This document shows, in pieces, positions 43,001 to 55,000 of a stretch of DNA of 64,000 nt (the first letter of the stretch is position 1; every line of letters starts with the position of its first letter). The stretch is from Harriotta raleighana. Its lineage: Eukaryota. The DNA is taken from positions 1-64,000 of the forward strand of contig JBNZDD010013326.1 in assembly GCA_050575255.1 (NCBI GenBank), written 5' to 3'. The notes beneath the pieces were generated by a model. That model made no database searches, was not told the DNA's origin, and worked only from the letters and a program-made list of their open reading frames with translations. A program made the position numbers and the translations under genes.

Positions 43001-46000
43001 AAAAGAAAACTGCCATCTGCCTAATAACCAAGTTGCTACTTACTTCTAGGTTACCCAAGGTGTGTAGCATCATAAGGAAACGTGTCCAACAGTTTGCATG
43101 GCTGGGAATTGAACCAAGGTTTCTCGCTTGTGAGTCAAGTTCTTTACCAATGAGCTGCAGGTATCCATCATATTGATCCAACACAAACCCCGCTCGCTTA
43201 CCCCTTCATCGTGCAGGATTACTGATTGCTCTAAACATTCAAATAACAAATACAGCACCAAGACAATATTCTCACTGCTCCCTGCAATTGATATGCGAGG
43301 TATATAACAAGCATCTGTCTCACCTATCGGCCGCTGTTCAGGTAGTCTTGCTGAGAAAGAAAGAAAGGAAAGTCACTGCTGCAGTACCTGAAAGCTGACA
43401 ATGCAAACACACACTGACTCCAGAACACAGTCCAAAAACCTATTTTGCTGAATTTCACATTTCCTGATCAGAGCCAAACACATCAATCCAATTCTCAACC
43501 CAAAGCAACTGAGAATTCTATATTTCAAAGCAGTTAACACTTTGAGCACCAGTTTGGTTTGGAAAGTAATAAATGATTCACAGAATGGCTTGTAAGGGGG
43601 AAATGCAAAAGACAGAAAAGATCATTTACAGTGAAACAGGCCAAACATAGATTACACAGTTGTTGTGATAACAAATTAAGTTACAACAAATTGAACGATG
43701 GACTCCAGCGTTGATAGGCATCCTCTCAGTGTATTGCCAAAGTTGAAATTGAGACCAAGCAATTTAATTCTACATGTGAATCTCAATACGTTCAAAGAAA
43801 CACACAGCACAGCAGGCCTTTTAAGGTATCTAAACCAGCTCTTTCAATACAGCTATCCAAATCAATCTTACAGCCTGAATTGGAAGCTGCCATAGTCAAT
43901 CTTTGATTGTAAACAGACTGTGTTTATTTGTGTACCCCGTCTTTTCACACTCTAAAAAAGCACGGTCAGGTAAACTCAACAGAGTTGAATTGTAGTTTCA
44001 GTGAAATTCACAAAACATGGCACTAAACCTTGTGAAACAAGGAATATCAACAAGCAACTCTGAAATAGTATCCCACACATAGAAGTAGACACAGTGATAA
44101 AGTGATTATGATTAGTTTTTGAAGGGATTCTTATTCTTATTAAAGGATAACCTATTACGAGGTGAATAGAGACAAATCGAGTAATATAAATTGACAAATT
44201 ATTCACCCTGCCCAGAAATAAAATCCTGGTCCTCTCATTTGTGACCCCTATGTGCACGCTCATGATATGGGTCACTCCCATTGCAGTGTGTACCTGGTAG
44301 CTTCAACAACAACTTTGATTTATATTGCACCCTCCATGCTCAGAGCGCTCAAGCTTCTGATTCAAATGTCACAAAATGAATTCAAGTCCATATAACATTT
44401 ATTTAAATGATGAGAAAATAATCTGTAATGACAATGAAAAGGAACTGGGAATCCTGCTGCATAATAAATTGAAGCTATCCCAACACTACTGAGCAGTTGA
44501 AGCAGAGGGCATGCGTTTGAAAGTGACTAAACTTAGAACAATTCTGTGGAAACACTTAGTGAGCCTTTAACAAACTAAAGCAATAAGCTTCCTTAGGTGA
44601 TGTGGAAGCAGAAAATATTGTATCCTTGAAGAGGAAAATAATATCTCAAGATTTCGTAAAACATTTCAGACACCAATTGAAGCCACTGCCAAGATGGTGG
44701 AAGGTGAATTAGATGGATGTTTGCTTTTTTTTGCTTCGCAAATTCTTAATCATTGCAAGTGAAAGCTGACAATGAAAATACACATCTGATTCCATCCATT
44801 ATTTGAATTCAAATAGCCCAAATTCCACCCCGTTCCATCATGCAGTGAGCCATTGCTGGCTCCAGTCTGACACTTCACTATCAAGCTTCTTCTGAGGCCG
44901 ATACAAGGTGGTGCTGCTCTCTCGTTTGCTCCTCAATATCAAGGCCATTTTATGGTTGCAACTGGAATTGTATGAAGCAGATATTAAAAAGCAACAATTT
45001 TGTGGGAAAAGTGCAGACAATTATACATGGTAGTTTCATAGAAATTGTCTTTTTTTTTCCAAGTGATTGTTGATCCCTGTTGACTACTGGGTTAACAGAA
45101 GTTATTTTGGGGAGAGGGAAAGGTTAATTATTTGTCAATTATTAACCCTGCACAGATATCGAAAGCTGATACTTTCACCTGTAAGGCAAGCATTCTAACC
45201 AACTGAGCTGCAGTGCTCCACATCTTAGTTCTCAACTTAAGGCAACTGGGAATTTATATTTGAGTGACATTTAACATATTCAGCATGAGTTGCGTTCAGA
45301 AACTAGGAAAGAACTTCACAGAATGGCTGGTAAGACTCAACTGCAAAAGAAAGCACAGATCATTTGGAGTGAAACACGCAACACGCGCATGAAACACGTG
45401 ATGTAAAAGCAAATTGCATTGAAATTATTTCAACAATTCACTCCAAAAGTGATACAGACATGATCGGTATAAAACAAGAGTTGAAACTTAGACCAAACAA
45501 TATAATTCTGCGCATCAATCTCTATGATATATTCTGCATTTCCTGTGCTATAAGTACAGTAAATATGGGGTTCACACACCAGTTGTTTTATGTGTGGGAG
45601 GGGCTGAGAACGTAAGGAGCAAAGGTCACTACTACAGGAAGTGAAAACCAAGAAGGAAAACACATATCTGATCCCAGCACTAAATTCAAATATCCCAAAC
45701 TACAACCTAGTCAATCGTTCAATGTGCAATTACTCACTCCAGTTCAACATTTCAATATCAAGCTGCATCTGAGGCAAAGGTTGTGCTGCTCCTCCAACAT
45801 CAACAAAATTATACAAATAAATCATCTTCCAAGGTGGGAGGACACCCTACCTGGAGAGATATTTGGACCCAATCTGGGATCCGTGTGTGTGATGGTTGAA
45901 TGATGGACTGGTCAATCAGCAGGGTCTTGAGGCATCACATGAAGGAGGCTTGGGAGGTGGCACGCCAGAGCAATTGTGCGGTGGAAATTCAAAGATTGTT

Positions 46001-49000
46001 GACAGAATGGCAGAAGAATTAACTGGCGATGTTGGGACGGGATTTGGCGTGTGGTGGTAGCTAACATGGGGGGTAGGCTAGCTAACAATGGCGAGGGGTA
46101 GGCTAGCTAGACTGGAGTGGGGTCAGGCTAACTAACATGGGAGGATAGGATGGCTAACATTGTAGTGCAATGTAGCTAACATTGGGATAGACTAGCTAAC
46201 ATTGGGCAGGGAGGGTGTAAATAGTTGAAAATATAGTATAAGCTTTATTGATCATGTAGTAAATAATCAAATCAATTAAAATGTATTAAACAATTGATGC
46301 CAGGTGGTTTGGAATACACAAACACAGTTCACTATAGAAACATTTAGATAGATTTACGCTTGAACGTGACTAGATAATGGGATTAGGAGAATAGCGCTGA
46401 AAGGGCTGAGAAATGTTCAGACCAGTAAGTCACGCAGACAGAGCCAAAGACAGGACAATGAGTTATTGAAAATGTTCTGACCATCAAGGACAAGTAAGTC
46501 AGGAGGTCTCGTCAGGCTAGATAAGATGGAATGGAGCAAATTTTCTAAGATGTACAAAGTAACTAACTCGAAGATAGGGAAGAATGCCAAGAAAAGGTTA
46601 GCAAATATACACTTTACACTATATATTGTGTGGAGGACTATGAGACAGGAGAAGTTTAACACAGTGGCAGAGACGGCAGAAGTATAACACAGTAGCAGGA
46701 ACGAAGCTGGTCAGAAACAAAAGGATCTCTGAAGGGAGGTAGAGATCCTAGTCTAGCTCTCACCAGAGTAGACCACGGAAGGAAGCAGCTCTATTTCTTG
46801 CTGGAGTGGATGACAAAGAACACTGCAGCAGAGAGAAACAAGCAAAAGATGTTTGCAGCCAGAAGCAAGTCAGAGACTGTGTTTAATTCTTCAGCCTGCC
46901 ACACAACTTTTTTTTAGGAGTCCTTGAAGCAACCTCTTGACTACTCGATAATATCTATCCTGCTGACTAAAATATGTACCTAACATGCATCCAATATGCC
47001 AGGACAGTCAGTTATTGCTTTGGCACATCTCTTATACCACACAAGGTTTCTTTTACATGTAGAATTATGATTTTTAATGATTCTTGTTAAGATAGTATTT
47101 TAGTTGGTTTCTGACAAACGCTTCACTCTCCAGCGCGCCCCCCCAAGGTGCGAAAACCTTAAATACTACCTTAAATCCTCCCAGTACTACAGCCATGTCC
47201 GATCCCATAAGGCACAGTAACGAGCCACGGAATGCACCAGGACTTAATCCAAACTAATGATCCATCATCATATTAGGCAAATTACACTCAGGTCTACCAC
47301 TCCTCTGTCAAATCCTCTACTCAAGGTCTACCCAAGGTAATCGAGCAAGCCAGCGAAACTGCCAGGCTTCACCAGTGCACTATTAACCATCCCATTCAGC
47401 CACCTTTACACACCTCGCCCATCCTCGCCTCCATCAACAAGGAGTTGCTGGACTTCCTTGAATCCATAACTGAGAGGATGCATTCGAACTTTGAGCAGGC
47501 CAGGGCCCATTGAGTGGAGGAAGTAGTCAGATTGGTAGTGTGTTAGGAGCTGACCAATATAGGGTTGGACAAAGCCATGGAGGACCTCAAAGGTGAGGAC
47601 CTCTATATTTTTATGAATCCATGAAGACATGGTCTGCGAACTTACAGATGTGCTTGGATGACACCCAGCTCTATCTTTCTGCTTCAACCTGACTAGCTTT
47701 CGGAGATCAAGTCCTAGATGAGAACTAACTTTCTAAAGTTATATGTCAATCATACTGATGACCTCCTGATTGGCTTGCACTAGCAGCCATTCAAGGATAG
47801 TTTTTGTCACTGTAGTTTCCTTGCAGTAAGAGGGAAGATTTAGCTAAAATAGACTGGGGAAATATATTAAAGGATATGACAATAGATTATCAATGACAAG
47901 ATGTAGTGCATAATTCCGTTGAGGAATAAAAGTATCACATGAAAGTTGTTCTTTCATGGCTAACTGGAAGGGTTACGGGAAGTATAAAACTAAAATAAGA
48001 GGCCTATAAAACTTCCAATCGAAGCAATGAACATGAAGATTCGGAGCACTTCAAGAACCAACAAAGAATAACTAAAAAAAACTCATTAAAAGGGAGAAAA
48101 TGGATTATGAGGGCAAACTAGCTAGGAACATGAAGTCAGATTGTAAGAGCTTCTACAAATACGTTAAGAGGAACAGGCTAGAAAATGTAAATGTGGGTCC
48201 ATTACAGGCGAATTATACAGCAGGAATTATAATGGGGGATAAGGAAATGGCAGAATCACCAAATAAATACTTTGCTTCTGTCTTCACATTAGAAGACACA
48301 GAAAGTTTACCAAAAATAGAGGTGAACCAAGCGGCTAATGATAAGTAGCAACTTTGGGTAATTAATTTCAGCAAAAAATTAGGGAATCTGTTTGTATTGT
48401 GAAGTGACAAATGCCCTGGACCTGATGGTCTGCATCCTAGGATTTTAAAAGAGGTGGCTGATGATATAGTGGATGTCTTGTGTCTGATCTTCTAAAATTC
48501 TCTGACTTCTGGAATGATTCCCATTGATTGGAAGATCGCAAATATCGCACAATCATTTAAGAAGGTTCGAGAAAAAAGATGGGGAACTATAGACTAGTTA
48601 GTCTGAAATGGCAGGAATAATTCTAGAATCCTTAATTAACGATGTCAAAGTGCATTACTTAGAGGACCACTACATGATTAGGCAGTCAACATGGTTTTAC
48701 AAAATGGAAGCCATGCTTAACAAATCTTTTAGAGTTTTGTGAGGAGATAACTATCAGATTAGAATGAATAGATGTAGTGTGTTTAGATTTTCAAAAGGCA
48801 TTCAATAAGGTGCCACGTAAAAGACTGATTCACAAGACTAGGGTGCATGGAATTAAAGGCAACATACCAGTGTGAAATGAAGAGTGGTTAACAAGAAAAA
48901 TACAGAGAATAGGGATAAATAGGTTCTTCTCAGATTGGCAGGATGTGACTAGTGGAGTTCCACAAGTATCAGTACTTGGGCCTCAACTATTTACATCTAT

Positions 49001-52000
49001 ATCGATGATCTAGATGAGGACATACTTACATAGCACCTTCTGTCAGCATTAAATCTTGTGATGCAATAGATGTCAACAAACAACTATGAAACCCAGGAGC
49101 CAAATGTGCACAATAGTTTCCCACACTTAGGTGTGGATTGAATGATCAAATTATTATTATTTTTTTAAAAGGGATTTTTACATCCAGAAAAGTGATCCAT
49201 TAATCGACTAACAACAGGATTCTAAATTACTAGCAATTGAACAAAGGCAGGTGGAATACAGCAACTTGGGAAATTATTTACACTGCCCAGGAATCAAACC
49301 CTGGTCCTCTTGTTGCAAGGTCAGCAAGCTCACTCCTAAACTGCAAGACTTTACATCACAATTCTCAACCTAAAGCAACTGGGAATTCTATATTTGCAAC
49401 ACCAGTTTGATTTGGAATCTAGCAAATGACTTACGGAATGGCTTGTAAGGCAATGGATTTCAATGCCTTGGGATGTTGTCCTGACATGAAAGGCACTATA
49501 CAAATGTAATTTTGTTGTTGTTGTTGGATGAACTGCAAAAGGACACTTACAAAGAAGCAGGCAAAACAAAGATCACACAGTTAACATGATAACAAATTAA
49601 TTCCAAAGGAATTGAATGATTGAAAACAAAAGTTTTACACAAATAGGTATGTTACAAAAGTTGAAAGCTACTTCATTCTGCTCAACAAGATGGACAATAC
49701 ATTATGCATTTCCTGGGCTGTACGTACAGTAAATAGGGGGTTCACTCACCAGTTGTTTTAGGTGTAGGAAGGGCTGAGAAAGTAAGGAGCAAAGGTCACT
49801 ACTACAGGAAGTGAAAACCAACAAGGAAAACACACAACAACAACTAAATTACATTTATAGAGCGCCTTTCACATCGAGAGGACGTCCCAAAGTGCTGAAC
49901 AGTCAGGTCGGGACCCGAGCAAGGGGGAGGAACAGGGTACGGGGGACGGGAGGGAGAGAGTTAGGAGGGCAGCAGAAGACACAATCGAAGAGAGGTTCTT
50001 GAGACCAGCCTTGAAGGAGGCAAGGGAGGAAGTGAGATGAAGGGACTGTGGGATGGAGTTCCAGAGTGTGGGGGCAGAGAGGTTAAAAGCTTATCCAGGA
50101 TAGATCAGGTAGTGGACATGGAGCAGACTGAAGCCCACTGAACTGAGAGGCAGGCAGATTCATACGGAGTCAGCTGGTCAGAGAGACAGGAGGGAGCAAG
50201 GCTGTGAATGGCATAGACAGTGAGGATAAGGATCTGATCATTTGATCCCAGCACTAATATCAAATATTCCAAACTACAGCCCAGTCTGGCATGCAATGTG
50301 CAATTCCTGGCTCCAGTCTAACAATTCAACACCAAGCTTCATCTCAGGCTAACACAACATGGTTCTGCTCTTTCGTGTGCTACTCAACATCAAGAACATT
50401 TGACGTTAACAGCTGGTTGTGTTAAAAAAATGTAACAGAAGTGACTTACTTTTGGGATTGTAATACCAAGGTCTTCCTGAAACAGAGTAAAACAAATGAT
50501 GAATAGTGGTTAGCAACTTGTCTGTGTAAAGATCTATGTAGATATAAAAAGAGAAAAGTAACATCATTTTCTATCACCTCAAAGTCTAGGCTGATGTTCC
50601 AAAAGCAACACTAACAAAATTATAATTGTATAGCTCTGAGAGGATGTCCCACAGTGCTGAAAGCAGTGCCTGGAGAGGAACTCTGCTTTGTTATAGATGT
50701 CCTCATCTTTGCTGAACCTCTAAACCAGTGGTGGCCAACTGGCTGGAATTAAGGAGTGCCCATCAAGTAGTGCCCAGTGAACTAGAAATGATAGATCTTG
50801 TATTTCCAGTTTTCTCTTGATTGCATACATCTTGATTTGTTGCATAAATTAAGAAATGATCAAACAAAAAAGTGTATTTCGCTATCACATCAATCCCACC
50901 CTCGCCCATCTCCACTGGCTCCCCATCTCCCAAAGGATCAAATTCAACATCCTCGTCCTCACTTTCAAGGCCATTCACGGCCTTGCCCCCACCTCTCTGA
51001 CCTGCTGTCTCCCTATCAGCCTGCCTACCCCCTTCATTCAGCACTCAGGCTTGTTCCGCATTGACCGCCCTAACCACCCAACCATCGGTGGCCAGGCTTT
51101 CAGCTTCTCTGCTCTCACACTGTGAAACTCCATCCCGCAGCCCCTCTGCCTTGCTTCCTCCCTTTCCTCCTTCAAGTGCTTCTTCTTCGACTGCACCTTC
51201 AGCTCCCCCTCTAACTCTTCCCCCTCCCTCTCCCCAGAACCCCCCCCCCCCCAACACCCGCCCCCACCCACCTTGGGTCCTGACCTGACTGTTCAGCGCT
51301 TTGGGACATCCTCCCGACATGAAAGATGCTTTATAAGTGCAATTTTGTTGTTGTATTTTTGGCCAACCATAAAAATTGCAATAATCCAGGGTCATCTCTG
51401 CTGCTCAGTTGGATTTTAAAGATCACATGATTAACCTCTATAAAACTTTGGTTAGAGCTCAGCTAGAGTACTGTGTTCAATTCTGGAAGGATGTTTAGGA
51501 ATTGGAAAGGCAGAGGAGATTTACCAGGATGGAACCAGGAATGAGGGATTTCAGTTATAAGGAAAGGCTAGAGATGCTAAGTGCATTCTCATTGGAGCAG
51601 AGAAGATTACGAGGAGACATCATAGAGGTTTTCAAGATCATGAGGGGATTTGTTAGGGTAAACAGTGAAAAATTGTTTCCACCTGGGGTGTGTCAGTGAC
51701 TCGAGGTCACAGATTTAAAATAGTTTCTAAAAGAAGCAGAGGGGAGGTGACGAAAAAAAAATTCACTCAGCAAGTTATTCAAATCTGGAATGTATTGCCT
51801 GAAAGGGTGGTGGAGGCTGATTCAATAATAACTTTTAAAAGAGAGGTAGATGTTTATTTGGGGAGAATGGATTTGCATGGTTATGGGGAGAGAGCTGGGG
51901 AGAGGGATCAAATTGCTCTTTTCAAAGAGCTAGCACCGACTCGATGGACCGAATGGCCTCCTTTTGTGCCATATGGTTCTATGATGCTATTCGAAAAGAG

Positions 52001-55000
52001 AAAGTTTTTCCCAGTGTCAGGGCCAAATGTTACCTATATAAAATAAGAAATTAGTTTATTAATCTCATGAGTGTTTATGAGATGCTGCTTTGCTCAATTT
52101 GGTTGTTGCATTCACCTACAAAGACACAATCATTACATTTTTCAATAACATTGTAAGACATTCATTAAATTGTATCAATTGCAGAGATTATTACTCATAT
52201 CAGATAGTCAGAAAACATTATCTGAAAATGTATATACAAAAGATTAACTGAATGGCCTACAGATGTAGAAATCTCCTGCTATCAGCCTCAACAAGAACAT
52301 ATGCTTCACGAAAAAGATAGTATAGTCGACTTACTTGTTCGGGCCTTCACATCAGATTGCTCTACAGAAAAAGGAATTGAATGCAACAACTGAACTGATA
52401 AACAAGTAGAATCACTGGTACACGCACAATAGATAAGTACCAACTCCTGCAGGGCATGCCAACCCTCAACATTTTTTCTGCATGAAAAAATCTCCCGTTT
52501 TAGTCATTTGCTAACTATTTGAAATCATTGCCCTCTTGTCCCTGACTCACTGAGCAGCAGAATGTTTTTCATAATTAATTCTCTCAAATCCTTCAATTAA
52601 TTTATCCCAAAGTGTTGCAAATTAACTGTAGCTGGACTGCAGTGTGCTTTGTAGGTCCTGAACAACAACAACAGAATTACATTTATAAAGCACCTTTCAT
52701 GTCAGGAGGACGTCCCGAGGTGCTGAAGCGGATACATTTTCTATTATATACTTTATAATGTATTATAATATATTATTATGAAGACTCATAAGATGCTACA
52801 CCAAGTACTAGGTTTATTATTGTTTGTTATAAGTCGCTGAAAACTAGCTCACCTGGGAGTCTGGTCACAGTGGGTGTTCCTGGTAATGCAAGAATTAGAA
52901 TAATGTTACTGTTTGGAAAACAAGTGCATCCCACCACCTCAGCTCCCGCCCATCTGCTATATGAGGATAGTAGCCGATTGCAAGAAGACATAGGCAGACT
53001 GGTAAAATGGGAAGATACATGGCAGATGAATTTTAATGTGGATAAATGCGAAGTGGGGCATTTGGGGAGAAAGACTGAGGATAGGCAGTATAAGCTGATG
53101 GTAGAATCTTAAAGGGGGTGAAGGAACAGAGAGACCTAAGGGATGGGTAAAGGAATTAGAAAAAACACATCATGGCCTAATATTTTCCACATGAAAATCC
53201 CAATCCGAGTCAGTGGCGCAGTTACCACAAGATATCTAAGAAATAAAGTGAAGCAATGACTTATCTGGTGGGTAATATATTGGAGGTTCCAATGGAAAAA
53301 AAACTCAAATGTAATTGAAGATTTTAGTATAATTCACCCCCTTATTCTCTTATTGTGCTTCTATTTTTAGCATGCTCCTTTGAACTTCACTCTTATGCTC
53401 CAAAAAACATTGTAACAAACCCTTTTCACTTTTCGCATGTTCATTCTGATGATATCCAGCCCCACTGACACTTAGTCTCCTTGAACGGTGAAACGTGGCT
53501 TTTCACAAATTGTAATCCAATGATAAATACACAGTTGCCAGTCAATAACTGGCTGAGGAAGTGATCAATTTTCAGAAAATGTACAATGAAACGAGCAGCT
53601 CAAATTTTCTGCATGAAAAAATTCAATGTATTCAAATAGTTTAAAAGAATAACTTACCCGATGGTTTGATTATAGATGTTCCTGAAAACACATGAAAGAT
53701 ACAAGTAAATGATTAAAAACAGTGTTGTATATTAGAATAAAAACTTGCACTTATATAATGCTTTTTACATGGAGCAATGTCTTCCAAGGCTTTACAGAGA
53801 CAGGCTGAAGACACAAAGCAAGGCTGGAAATAGTGGGAATAGAAGAAAGTTGACCAAAGACATGGTCAAAGAGGCATATTTTTGTAAGTGTTTTAAAAGT
53901 GAAAATGTGAAATAAAGATCTTGAGAGGTCTGGGTTCCTGGTGGCTTACCAATCAGTCACCAATAGTGGGATGAAGAGTGGGGGACATGCAGCAAGCACA
54001 ACTTTGCAAAACCTAGAAAGATGGTCCAAGACTGGGGCAAGAGGATTTGGTAGAGTTTACAGCAAAGGTTTAGAGGCCCAGGGTGGCTAGATGACAAATT
54101 AAATTTAATGATGGAACATGTTAGGTGATATATTTTGAAGGGAAGAATAAACAAGGAAATACGTATTAAATGGTAAATGTAATAATGATAATTATCCTTG
54201 CATTTGATACTGTAAAGTGAATTGACTGTCTATTTGTGGTTGAAATGCACAGAATAGGTATACAAATATAAACAGAATAAAAGAGACCCAGGGGTAAATA
54301 TACACAGATCTTGAAAGATTGATAAAGTAAACAAAAGGAGTACACATTATGATATTAAAAGGAGATTTGTAAGCCTGTATAAATTAGGCGGCGGCTGTGG
54401 TTTAAATAAACTCCTTTTTCTGTTTACAAAAATTAGTAAAAGAGAAAAGCTGCAGGAAAAGGGCGTTTACTTACCGCAAGGCATGCAACATTTCAAGACT
54501 TCATCAAAATATTCATTTGTGCCACAATTGTAACAACCTTTAAACAGAAAAATGTATTAACATTTTGCAGGGAAGAGATGAGAGTGTATAGCCCCTTTCA
54601 TGTCAGGAGGTTGTACTACTTCAGACGCGAGCTTAGGACAGGGGATGTGTAGCGAAGGGTGCATTAAGAGGTGCTGATATGTCCATCGAAGAGAAGAGTC
54701 TTGAAGCAGGACTTAAAGGAGGTCAGGGAGGGAGCAAGGTGGAGGGACTGCGGATGGAATTCCAGGGGTTGGGAGCAGAGTGGCTGAAAGCTCGCCCAGG
54801 GGATGTGGAGCAGGGCACAGAGGGCATGAGTCACAACAGGGTACAACAGGACATAGAGGGCTCTCAGGGCACAGGGGGTTGGTGGAGCAGCCTGGAGCCC
54901 GCTGAATGGAGGGGATGGGCAGATTGATAGGGACCCCACATGGTACCCAGGACTAAAGTACTGCGCAACAGACATAAATCAAAGTAAACAGAGTGTAGGA

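Larger units (their letters stand above)
1..49020. repeat. Higher-order tandem segmental repeat, about three copies of a 15-20 kb unit
   Basis: Position 1 ~ 15609 ~ 35528 (acaaacacaaattgactccagaacacag); 8389 ~ 30350 ~ 45740; 25360-27445 ~ 41790-43875; repeated pseudo-ORFs such as [10 protein letters not shown] and [10 protein letters not shown]. Confidence 0.92.

Noticed and set aside
1058-50476. CRISPR-like or recombination-signal reading of the recurring CACTCAC...CTGAGAAA motifs
   Set aside because: The conserved flanks are reverse complements of splice donor and acceptor consensus, and spacing is kilobase-scale in vertebrate DNA.
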